NCBI GenBank assembly: GCA_964016885.1
Contig: OZ024741.1
Location: 125,488,001 to 125,552,000 of the forward strand
Origin: Eledone cirrhosa
Lineage: Eukaryota
DNA length: 64,000 nt
Direction: 5' to 3'
Under the pieces are notes generated by a model. The model saw only the letters and a program-made list of their open reading frames with translations. It did not search any database and was not told the origin of the DNA. Positions within the stretch are counted from its first letter, which is position 1. Every line of letters starts with the position of its first letter. Both the position numbers and the translations under genes were made by a program. This document shows positions 53,361 to 64,000 of this stretch, one piece after another.

Positions 53361-53939
53361 GTACATGAAAAACAATGATGAAATAAAGAGGTTGACTTCA
53401 GAAAAGGAAAAATTTGAAATGTAGGTGTCCTAACCATAATAATAGACAATGACTATAAATAATAGCTGAGAAAACCAGGCAAAGATGCTCCTGGATATGG
53501 GGAAAAAATGTTTATGTTTATATATAGAAATGACTTCTATAGGACTAGAACTGTTTCATTTGTATGAAATCAAGACATTCCTGATGATTTCATACGAATG
53601 AAACATTTCTATATCTACACAATAAAGATACCTATACACTACCAATGTATTGAGTACCTTTTTTAACTGTGGTTGCCCTCTGACACAACTTGGGAATCTA
53701 TATATATAAGGGTAAAGAAAAAGACGACCTTCAGTCACAAATGACCATGGGCTTGGCACCAAGAAAGTTCCCCTCCGAGGCATAAGACCAGGCAAAGTAT
53801 TTTTGTGCAAGACCAGCAGTCACCCATGCAGACTGGTCTCCTCTCTCCATGCCACCGATGTTGTCCTAAGGAAAGGCAAAGGACAATATAGCTTGAGAAA
53901 ACTTGCTGAAACCACATGGATTCTTCAATATATATGAAG

Positions 53940-54255
53940 AGTGGAACCTTAGTTCACGTACTTAATATGTTCCTGAAGGCCGTTCGTCACCCAAAATGCT
54001 TGAAAACTGAAACTATTTTTCCCATACAAAATGTCGAAAGAGAAATACAATGCGAAAGAGACTGTGTGAAAGACAGATAGATATCACCATAGTAACTAAC
54101 TACAGAGCAAGTGACGCTTTCCAACCATTGTTGCTGGTTTGTGTGTTCATTACTTAAGACACCCTTTGTCCCCTGAGACGTTTTATGTTCTGAAAAATTG
54201 TTCGTGAAAAAATTTTGTTTGTGACGAGAGGCGTTCATAAACCAAGGTTCCACTG
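53940..54255. mobile_element. Tigger/pogo-like MITE
   Basis: agtggaacctt ... aaggttccactg|TA inverted ends. Confidence 0.6.
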
Positions 54256-54266
54256 TATATATAGAT

Positions 54267-54453
54267 AATTGTTTCTACTTTTGGCACAAGGCCAGCAATT
54301 ACCCAGTACATTACTGGTACTTTATTTTATCGACCCCGTAAGGATGAAAGGCAAAGTTAACCTCGGCGGGATTTGAACTCAGAATGGCAAGGGCCATAAC
54401 TCTATGCATCAAAGCATGGCGTCCGACCCTCACCCGATACTGCCAATCCACCG
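54267..54453 (-). mobile_element. Young family-1 SINE with a 20-bp target-site duplication
   Basis: ccactgtatatatagataat at 54250-54269 and 54454-54473. Confidence 0.9.
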
Positions 54454-54485
54454 CCACTGTATATATAGATAATGTTTCATTTTTT

Positions 54486-54558
<73 letters not shown>

Positions 54559-54740
54559 TACATACATATATATATATACCTAATATACAAAAGTCACTGT
54601 ATTTATTTCAGTGATTTCTGGCTATGACCCACTCACTTAATGAAATAATAAGCTTGCAGTTGTGAAGCTGCATCTTAAAATACACATTAGAGTTAGTTAG
54701 TGAGTATGCATATGTATATGAGTATGAGTGTGTACATATA

Positions 54741-54813
<73 letters not shown>

Positions 54814-54858
54814 ATAATAATTATGGATGAGGTGTCAAATTTTCATTAAGTTTATTCA

Positions 54859-54945
54859 GGTGTGACGTGCATTTCACGATTGATCAGCTCAAGGCTCGAT
54901 CTCTTTTGATCAGGCCCAACTCTAGAATCAAAAGCTCATCAGCCT
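54859..54945 (-). ncRNA. Degenerate type-I hammerhead motif (same family as 137-201)
   Basis: agg-CTGATGA-...-GAAA-T-GCAC-G-TC-acacct-gAATAAA. Stem I is out of register. It shares gatcagctcaaggNtcgatct with 158-178. Confidence 0.5.
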
Positions 54946-54974
54946 TCTGTTAGATTAATATATATATCTTTTTA

Positions 54975-56123
54975 ACTGATTGAAGTCCTTCATTCTCAGT
55001 CGAAAAGAGGTAGTCACGGTTCTAGGACAGCATTCCTCACCGTATGAGATGTCATCTGCTGTACCACAGGGATCTGTTCTTGGCCCCCTTTTGTTTGTGG
55101 CATATATTAATGACATAGATGCCAACTTAAAGAATTCCACAGTACTGAAATATGCAGATGACATCAAGCTATACCTTGAGATAAAAAGGACAGATCCTAA
55201 ACACTATGGATCTTTCCTGCAATCAGACCTGGACACAATGCAACAATGGATCACGGACTGGCAACTCAAGTTGGCTGTAGACAAGTGTACCACCATGCAT
55301 TTTGGGAGTAAAAACCAGCATCCACATACTCCCTCCACAACACTAACATCAAGAAGTCTTCTTGTGAACGTGACATGGGCATTACTGTCAGCAGCGATTT
55401 TCTTTGGACGAAGCACATCTCTAAAATTGTCAAGAAGGCCGAGGGTGACTTACCATCACTCAGCAAGACCTTTGTCAGCCGCTCTCCAGCTATCTATTTA
55501 AAGCTGCATATAGCTATGGTGCATCCACACTTAGAATTTGCATCACCAGTCTAGAACCCCTATCTTGCTCAGAACATTGACCGCCTGGAAACTGTTCAGG
55601 GATGTGCAACCAAACGAATACCCTCCATCAGGCATCTACCATACTCTGAATGCCTTGCTTCGCTGGGCATGGATACATTGAAGCTCCAACGTCTGGCAAT
55701 GGACTTGGTAAACACCCACAAAATCATTAACCATCTTGCCAACAACAACCCTGAGCACCTTTTTAATTTCCATGTGTCTATCACACGAGGGCATGCCTTA
55801 CAAAGTCAGAAAACAGCAGAGCTCCCATGACTTTCGGAAACATTTTTTCACGCTCTGAGTTGCTGAAGCATGGAACAAACTACCTGCATCAGTTGTTAGC
55901 TGCCGAGACACTGCATCCTTTAAAACCTCCATGCTTCCTGAGATTCGCCAACACTACACCTGATGTCCCCTCTCCATACACATGTACACATGTATTTTAT
56001 GACTCGTACACTGTTCATTTTCCTGACATTTGTACATTATTCTATGTACTATACATGCACCTTTGATGAGTTGTAGTGCACCTGAGCACTATACACAATA
56101 ATTTCATTATTATTATTATTATT
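54975..56123 (+). pseudogene. CR1-clade LINE, 5'-truncated, with an (ATT)n tail
   Basis: Motifs VPQGSVLGPLLF.AYINDI, KYADDIKL, HLEFASPV and FRKHFFTL*VAEAWNKLP, with frameshifts. Confidence 0.85.
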
Positions 56124-56124
56124 T

Positions 56125-56315
56125 GGTGGATTGGCAGTATCGGTAGAGGGACGCCATGATTTCCAGCATAGTTACATCCCTTAACGATCTGAGTTCAAAT
56201 CCCACCGAGGTTAACTTTGCTTTTCATCCTTACGGGGTCGATAAAATAAAGTACCAGTAATGCACTGGGTAATTGCTGGCCTTGTGCCAAAAGTAGAAAC
56301 AATTATTATTATTAT
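56125..56315 (+). mobile_element. Family-1 SINE in the CR1 (ATT)n tail
   Basis: SINE body ending gtagaaacaattattatt. Confidence 0.85.
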
Positions 56316-57879
56316 TTGCATTTATCTTGCTTTATGTTTATACGAGTTATCACCAAGTCACAACCAGTGACCTCAAGAGACAACAAGGTCCGCCATGTTC
56401 AAGAAAGAACATACATATTCACACATGCATCCTTAGTGTTTAGACTTGTGATGTACTTATATTGACAGGATCTTCCTTAGTATATGGGCAGTTCCCATTA
56501 GTACTATCTTTTGTATTTCTCCTATACGCGGGTTTCCTGGGATTTGCGATAAGTAGTCGTTAGACCCCTTAGGTATCATTCCCAGAGCGCCTACAACCAC
56601 TGGTATTGTTTTAGTTCTCAATTTCCACATTTTTCCAATTTCTATCTCCAGGCCCTTATACTTGCTCAATTTTTCAAATGTTTTTATAGATACATTCTTG
56701 TCTATTGGAACAGACATATCAATTAGCAGGCATACCCTCCTTTGAAAGTCCTTCAATATTATATCAGGTCTATTTGCATCTATTTTTCGGTCTGTTTGGA
56801 TGCTAAAGTTCCACAAGATTGAGATGTGATCTTTTTCAAGTATGGGAGGTGGTTGATGCTCCCACCAATTCTTTTGATGGGGCAGGTCAAAATGCTTACA
56901 CATTATCCAATGTATGTATTGTGCAGCTCTGTCATGCCTGTTTAGGTATTCGGTTGGAGCTATAGGACTGCACATTGAAATTATATGGTCTCTGGTTGTT
57001 TTTTGCATACACGGCATAATGGGCTGCACCCATTTTTTATTATGTTGGCTTGGTAATTTTTTGTTGGCAGACACTGATCTTGTGCCGATATAATCAGTCC
57101 TTCAGTCTCCGATTTCAGTCCAGAGGATGCCAACCACTGATGGGTTAAAGTTTTGTCAACATCAGGATTGTTAGCTCGCTCTGGGTATTTTCCATACAGA
57201 GGCTTTTCTTGCCATTTCTTAGCCAGTTTCTGTAGCAGTTCTTTCTTTGCAGTTACTTTTACCTGCTTTGCTTTTTCTGTGTTTTCCATTTCAGCAGTAA
57301 ATGGGACTTCTGAAATTTGTAGTCCATTACTGTATCTTTGTGCATCTTTTGTAATGGAATATGATCTGTTGGTGCTTTCGTGTTTCAAAACGAGTTTGAT
57401 CATCCAATCATGTGATTCCCTTAGATATGTGGATAATCCAATTGTTGCAGTTTTCAACGCAATGTCTAACTGGATTAACCCACGTCCTCCTTCTTTCCTA
57501 GGGAGATATATTCTATCTATGTCTGCCTTAGGGTGATGCATTCTGTGCATGGTTAAGAATTTTCGGATTTTTGTATCGAGCCTACGGATCTCTGTGCTTG
57601 ACCAGTTGATGACATTGTAACTGTAGGTTACTACTGGTATGGCAAGCGTGTTTATGGCATCGATCCTATTCCTTGCATTCAATTCCGTTCTTAAGATTGC
57701 TCTGACTCTGCGGTAACATTCCTTCCTTATCCTTTCCCTCATTGTCGAGTGCTTGATTCCGTCTCCTTCACAAACACCTAGATATTTGTAAGTTTTTTCT
57801 TGATCAAGCTCTCTTATCACGTTCCCCCGATCAAGATTAATGTCTGAACTCTTCAGTAGCTTTCCTCTGGTGAACGTTG
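56316..57879 (-). pseudogene. Dong/R4 family A, 5'-truncated copy with a 7-bp frameshifting deletion near 56990
   Basis: Near-identical to 60384-61953. ORFs 56981-57820 and 56457-57074. Confidence 0.92.
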
Positions 57880-57913
57880 ATTATTATTATTATTATTATT
57901 ATTATTGTTATTA

Positions 57914-60362
57914 CTCTTTGAGTCTCAGTCATTGATGTTAGTTAACTGGAAAGTTTGTTGAAATAAATATCAAGCCACTACCTGCAGCCTCAGATATTCA
58001 GGACGTATCGGAGGGTTCTTGCTGTTCCCAGCAAGCATGCCTTTTGAAGCGTTCCAAAAAGCGTGAAGGGGCCAATTTTCTTTAACCATCCCTGGAAACT
58101 TTTTGAGATAGTCCCTATGACAATCGGGATCACTTTGACTTCATGGCAGTTCCAAAACCTTTTTACCTCCCACTCTAAGTCCTGGTATCGGTTAATTTTC
58201 TCCCTCTCCTTCTCTTGCACTCTCGTGTCGAATGGGCAGGCCACATCCACAATCAGGCACAATCTTTTTTCTTTGTCCACAACCACCAGATCAGGTCTAT
58301 TGTGTTCCAGTTTCTTGTCCGTCTGTATCCTAAAATCCCACAGCACCTTCACCTGATCGTTTTCTATCACCGCCTCTGGCTTATGCTCATACCACTTCTC
58401 AGAATGTGGTAAATTGTTTACTTTGCATAGGTGCCAGTGGATCACCCTGCCCATCGCATCATGTCTCCAGCCCTTATAGTGAGTCTGGGCTAGGTGTTTA
58501 CACTCGGATACAATGTGAGCCACAGTCTCCTCTCTCTCTCTCCACAGATCCTGCACAGGGGGCTAGCCTCCTCCTTGTAAATATGGTGTTTCATCCACTT
58601 CATTTTGAGGGCCTGCTCCTGCGCAGCCATTAACATTCCTTCTGTAGCCTTTTTAAGGTCTCCTCTTTTCAACCAGTTCCATGTCTGTGGGTCTCTAAAT
58701 TCAGTTTTCTCAAAGAAGGTACTATGAAGGGATTTTTCCTGAAGACTGCTCTTTCTCCTTGATGTTATTTCCTCCTTGGACATCCCCTGGCCTATTGTCC
58801 CCTCCTTCAGTACAGTTCTGAGCATTGGCTCCTTACTATCAGTCACGTATTTGTGTAGGTTGTTTTTCTCCATCTGAACACAGTCCTCTATGCTGATAAG
58901 ACCTCTTCCACCTTCAGATCTCCATAAGTAGAGTCTATCGACATCACTCCTCTTGTGGAACATGTTGTATATAGTCAATAGCTTCCTAGTCTTCCTATCC
59001 ATTTCTTTTTGTTCAGCAACATTCCATCTCAGAATTCCCGCACTGTACCTAATAATAGACACAGCTCGGGAATTTACTGCACTGATGGCATTCCTACTGT
59101 TCAGATGTGACTTTAATACGCTGCTTTCTCTCCGAATGTATTCAGTTCTTAACAATTCCTTCATTTTTTTGTTCTTAATGTCATCAGCCTCCAGAACGCC
59201 CAAATACTTGTATCCTTCTTCAGAGTCAATTTCCTTTATCATCTCACCTGTTGGTACCTGGATTCCGTTACTTCTGCTCAACTTACCCCTCTTCATCACA
59301 ATGACTCCACACTTACTAATACCAAATTGCATACATATATCATTGCTGAAAATACGGACAGTGTCAACAAGCACATCCAACTCCTTCTCACTCTTCCCGA
59401 AGAGCTTAAGATCGTCCATGAAGAGGAGGTGATTGATGGTAAGCCCTCCCTTTCCCAACCTGTATCCTGCTCTCACTTTTCGCAGTACACTGGTCAGGGG
59501 CATCAGGGCAAGGACAAACAACAGAGGGGACAGACTATCTCCCTGGAAGATACCTCTCTTGATCTTCACGCTTCCCAAGGATTCTCCAGTTGATGTTAAC
59601 TCTGTTTCCCAGGACTTCATACTTTTGCCTAACAACTGTTTGATGTTATCTGCCACCTTGAAGATCTCCAGGCTTTTGGTGATCCAAGAATGAGGCACCA
59701 TGTCAAATGCCTTTTTGTAGTCTATCCATCCCATGGTAAGACCAATGTGTCTCCTCTTGCAATTCCTCATTACCATCTTATCAATAAGTAACTGGTCCTT
59801 TGTACCACGTGACTTCTTTCGGCATCCTTTCTGTTCGTCCGGTAACAAGTTGTTTGTGTAGAGGTGATGGTAGATTTCCTCAGACATAATGCTTGTCAAC
59901 AGTTTCCACATTACGGACAGACATGTGATAGGTCTATAGTTGGTAACATCATTACCCTTGATTCAGTCTTTCATTATCAGAACTGTAGTGCCCTTTGTCA
60001 ACCACTCTGGTACCTCACCTGATATCAAGCAGTCATTGAACATGGTTGTCAGTTTCGGGTGGAGGGATGTTATATTTTTAATCCAATACCCCTGCACACC
60101 ATCTGGGCCTGGTGATTTCCAGTTGGTTAGTTTTTTGGCCTGCCCCTTAAGAGTTTCAACTGTGATACTCAAATCAGTTTGTTGGTGTGCCTGTTCACTA
60201 ATCTCCTTCTGTACTGTCTCAATCCACACTGCCTGGTCATTATGTTTAACATCCTGCTCCCATATTCCTCTCCAGAATGTTTTAGTTTGTTCCGCCTCAG
60301 GAATCAAGTCGTTGCCTCTTTCTTTCCCTTCAAGCTGTCCAAACAGCATCTTCTGGTCGAAC
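57914..60362 (-). pseudogene. Dong/R4 family B, 5'-truncated copy (RT, CCHC, RLE) with frameshifts
   Basis: Motifs [40 protein letters not shown] and HNRPDL..IVDVACP..KINRY. Flanked by (ATT)n. Confidence 0.9.
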
Positions 60363-60523
60363 ATTATTATTATTATTATTATTTGCATTTATCTTGCTTT
60401 ATGTTTATACGAGTTATCACCAAGTCACAACCAGTGACCTCAAGAGACAACAAGGTCCGCCATGTTCAAGAAAGAACACACATATTCACACATGCATCCT
60501 TAGTGTTTAGACTTGTGATGTAC

Positions 60524-63500
60524 TTATATTGACAGGATCTTCCTTAGTATATGGGCAGTTCCCATTAGTACTATCTTTTGTATTTCTCCTATACGCGGGT
60601 TTCCTGGGATTTGCGATAAGTAGTCGTTAGACCCCTTAGGTATCATTCCCAGAGCGCCTACAACCACTGGTATTGTTTTAGTTCTCAATTTCCACATTTT
60701 TCCAATTTCTATCTCCAGGTCCTTATACTTGCTCAATTTTTCAAATGTTTTTATAGATACATTCTTGTCTATTGGAACAGACATATCAATTAGCAGGCAT
60801 ACCCTCCTTTGAAAGTCCTTCAATATTATATCAGGTCTATTTGCATCTATTTTTCGGTCTGTTTGGATGCTAAAGTTCCACAAGATTGAGATGTGATCTT
60901 TTTCAAGTATGGGAGGTGGTTGATGCTCCCACCAATTCTTTTGATGGGGCAGGTCAAAATGCTTACACATTATCCAATGTATGTATTGTGCAGCTCTGTC
61001 ATGCCTGTTTAGGTATTCGGTTGGAGCTATAGGACTGCACATTGAAATTATATGGTCAATGGTCTCTGGTTGTTTTTTGCATACACGGCATAATGGGCTG
61101 CACCCATTTTTTATTATGTTGGCTTGGTAATTTTTTGTTGGCAGACACTGATCTTGTGCGGATATAATCAGTCCTTCAGTCTCCGATTTCAGTCCAGAGG
61201 ATGCCAACCACTGATGGGTTAAAGTTTTGTCAACATCAGGATTGTTAGCTCGCTCTGGGTATTTTCCATACAGAGGCTTTTCTTGCCATTTCTTAGCCAG
61301 TTTCTGTAGCAGTTCTTTCTTTGCAGTTACTTTTACCTGCTTTGCTTTTTCTGTGTTTTCCATTTCAGCAGTAAATGGGACTTCTGAAATTTGTAGTCCA
61401 TTACTGTATCTTTGTGCATCTTTTGTAATGGAATATGATCTTTTGGTGCTTTCGTGTTTCAAAACGAGTTTGATCATCCAATCATGTGATTCCCTTAGAT
61501 ATGTGGATAATGCAATTGTTGCAGTTTTCAACGCAATGTCTAACTGGATTAACCCACGTCCTCCTTCTTTCCTAGGGAGATATATTCTATCTATGTCTGC
61601 CTTAGGGTGATGCATTCTGTGCATGGTTAAGAATTTTCGGATTTTTGTATCGAGCCTACGGATCTCTGTGCTTGACCAGTTGATGACATTGTAACTGTAG
61701 GTTACTACTGGTATGGCAAGCGTGTTTATGGCATCGATCCTATTCCTTGCATTCAATTCCGTTCTTAAGATTGCTCTGACTCTGCGGTAACATTCCTTCC
61801 TTATCCTTTCCCTCATTGTCGAGTGCTTGATTCCGTCTCCTTCACAAACACCTAGATATTTGTAAGTTTGTTCTTGATCAAGCTCTCTTATCACGTTCCC
61901 CCGATCAAGATTAATGTCTGAACTCTTCAGCAGCTTTCCTCTGGTGAACGTTGCTTTGGCGCATTTATCCAGTCCAAACTCCATTTTAATGTCATCACTG
62001 AACTGCTTCACAGTGGATAATAGCCCTTGCAATTGTTCATCATTTTTTGCGAATAGTTTCAGGTCATCCATGTAGAACAGGTGATTAATGGTTTTGTCAT
62101 AGACTCTATATCCATGTTTTGTTTCATTGAGCATTTTACTTAATGGTATAAGTGCGATGCAGAATAAAAGCGGTGATAAAGAGTCACCCTGAAAAATTCC
62201 ACAATTAATGTTAACTTCTCCAGCTTCCAGTGATTTTGTTTCACTATTCAAAAAGAGTGTCGTTCTCCATGTCCTCATACTGAATGACAAAAACCTCCTG
62301 ACAACGGGGGATATTTTGAAAATCTCTAAACATTTTTCAATCCAACTGTGTGGCAAACTATCAAATGCTTTTTTATAATCTATCCAAGCAATCGATAGAT
62401 TTTTGTGTCTATTATGACAATCTTCCAGTATCATTTTGTTAACCAGAAGCTGATCCTTACAGCCATATGAGCCTCGTTTACACCCTTCCTGCTCAATGGG
62501 AAATAGGTCATTTGTTATCAGGTGGTCATATGTGTATTCAGTTAGGACTGATGTTAAAATTTTATACATTGTGGTCAAGCAGGTTATCGGTCTGTAATTT
62601 TTGGGATTGTTTGTCTCATCATTCTTCGGTAGCAGGAATGTAATGCCGTTAACTAGCCATGATGGTATCTTTTCTGGCTCCTTAACTATTTCATTGTAAA
62701 GTTGGGCTAACAGCTCATGAGACTCTGTGAAGGCATTTATCCAAAAGTTTTGTATTTTGTCTTTTCCTGGGGATTTCCATTTGCTGGTTTTTCTTAGAGC
62801 CAAGCGCAGCTGTTCAACTGTTATATTTTCCCATGTTTGTTCTTCAAGGTGAGCTGTTTCTTTCATTTGTCTGTCTATCCATGGGGCATGTATGTTATGA
62901 ACTTTTTCTTCGGCCCAGATCTTTTCCCAGAATTCTTGCACTTCCTCCTTGGGTGGTATTGATTTAGCAGTTATTGTTGACTTACCAATTTTTTTGTAGA
63001 AGTTTCTTTGGTTGTTTTTGAACATATTATTGTCCTTATAGAATCTAGATCGTTTTTCAAAGCGCCTTATACGAGCAGCTTTGGCCGACACTTTTTGCTT
63101 GATTGTTTCTATCAGCATGTCTATGTCACATGTTGATCTTATACTGTACTTTTTTTTCAATTTTCTAAGTTTAGTTTGTTTAACATGTTCACCTACTTTA
63201 TAGTTTGTTAAAATTTCTATGTCAGATCGGAGAAGGTTTATTTGGCGATTGATGTTATCTTGCCAAGTAGATTTCTTGTGGGAATTCCTTTGTTTTTTCA
63301 TCTTCACTCCACATAAGTGAGTGGTGACTTTAGCCGATGCATAATAGAGATGATTTAAGTCAGTAATGTTTATTTTGTTTGTGATGATAATGTTTTTGAG
63401 AATTATGTTAGTCTTGTGTATTATCTTTTGGTTCTGTTTGGAGTTCTGGATCTTAGGGAGGGTGTCTCGTTCCCCCATGTCAGATTCTTTCATTTTCATC

Positions 63501-63616
63501 CATTCGATCATAATTTCATCCTTCAAGTTGGCAAGTTCATTCTCATTCATTTCTTTATCATTTACGATCTCATTATTTTCATTTGGAGTTTCATCCTGAG
63601 CATGCACTCCCTCCAC
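60524..63616 (-). CDS. Dong/R4-clade non-LTR retrotransposon polyprotein (RT, CCHC knuckle, restriction-like endonuclease); uninterrupted but probably 5'-truncated
   Basis: 1030-aa open frame with [32 protein letters not shown]....C and RPDI..D...P..K..KY. The element spans about 60384-63620 between (ATT)n tracts, and the frame starts at the microsatellite junction without an ATG. Confidence 0.93.
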   Translation of the reverse strand: MEGVHAQDETPNENNEIVNDKEMNENELANLKDEIMIEWMKMKESDMGERDTLPKIQNSKQNQKIIHKTNIILKNIIITNKINITDLNHLYYASAKVTTHLCGVKMKKQRNSHKKSTWQDNINRQINLLRSDIEILTNYKVGEHVKQTKLRKLKKKYSIRSTCDIDMLIETIKQKVSAKAARIRRFEKRSRFYKDNNMFKNNQRNFYKKIGKSTITAKSIPPKEEVQEFWEKIWAEEKVHNIHAPWIDRQMKETAHLEEQTWENITVEQLRLALRKTSKWKSPGKDKIQNFWINAFTESHELLAQLYNEIVKEPEKIPSWLVNGITFLLPKNDETNNPKNYRPITCLTTMYKILTSVLTEYTYDHLITNDLFPIEQEGCKRGSYGCKDQLLVNKMILEDCHNRHKNLSIAWIDYKKAFDSLPHSWIEKCLEIFKISPVVRRFLSFSMRTWRTTLFLNSETKSLEAGEVNINCGIFQGDSLSPLLFCIALIPLSKMLNETKHGYRVYDKTINHLFYMDDLKLFAKNDEQLQGLLSTVKQFSDDIKMEFGLDKCAKATFTRGKLLKSSDINLDRGNVIRELDQEQTYKYLGVCEGDGIKHSTMRERIRKECYRRVRAILRTELNARNRIDAINTLAIPVVTYSYNVINWSSTEIRRLDTKIRKFLTMHRMHHPKADIDRIYLPRKEGGRGLIQLDIALKTATIALSTYLRESHDWMIKLVLKHESTKRSYSITKDAQRYSNGLQISEVPFTAEMENTEKAKQVKVTAKKELLQKLAKKWQEKPLYGKYPERANNPDVDKTLTHQWLASSGLKSETEGLIISAQDQCLPTKNYQANIIKNGCSPLCRVCKKQPETIDHIISMCSPIAPTEYLNRHDRAAQYIHWIMCKHFDLPHQKNWWEHQPPPILEKDHISILWNFSIQTDRKIDANRPDIILKDFQRRVCLLIDMSVPIDKNVSIKTFEKLSKYKDLEIEIGKMWKLRTKTIPVVVGALGMIPKGSNDYLSQIPGNPRIGEIQKIVLMGTAHILRKILSI

Positions 63617-63668
<52 letters not shown>

Positions 63669-64000
63669 AACTATGTTAGCTTAATATATATATATAAACT
63701 ATATATATATATTATATATTATAAGATGCGAGAAATACCTCGAACCCTCCATCTCAATTCTACTTTTGAAAAGCATAAAAACTGTGAAACTGCTAAAGGA
63801 AATAAATAAATATTCTTTAAACGACTCCAATTGCATTTTCGATTTCTTTTCCTTATACTTTCACTTGAGTAGGGCACCTCATTTTTTTTTCTTATATATA
63901 TATATATATAAACGAGGTTGGTGTTAGGAAGGGCATCCAGCCGTAGAAAACCTGCCAGACAGTCCTATACGAGTGAGACATGGTCACTCGACCAATCTTG

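Noticed and set aside
56125-56215. tRNA-like A/B-box sequences
   Set aside because: These are SINE heads. No complete cloverleaf is present.

Overview
AT-rich, repeat-saturated animal genomic DNA. The SINE families and microsatellite content look like an octopus or other coleoid cephalopod (inference). I cannot support any host protein-coding exon, and nearly all short ORFs in the track are microsatellite artefacts. The real coding sequence is all transposon-derived: R4/Dong-clade RLE LINEs in (AAT)n tracts (one uninterrupted 1030-aa ORF), a Tx1/L1-like ORF2, CR1, RTE and CRE fragments, a decayed mariner, and a Penelope-like GIY-YIG C-terminus. Two signals are not shown by the ORF track. (1) About eleven minimal type-I hammerhead ribozyme motifs from several unrelated families lie beside (TA)n tracts, many in fold-back palindromes (arms 1347, 178 and about 200 bp) or in a 429-bp head-to-tail repeat. 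(2) Two minus-strand polypyrimidine-CAG|GTAAGTGTC junctions about 52 kb apart look like recursive-splicing sites, suggesting the window lies in a giant intron. All coordinates were read by eye.
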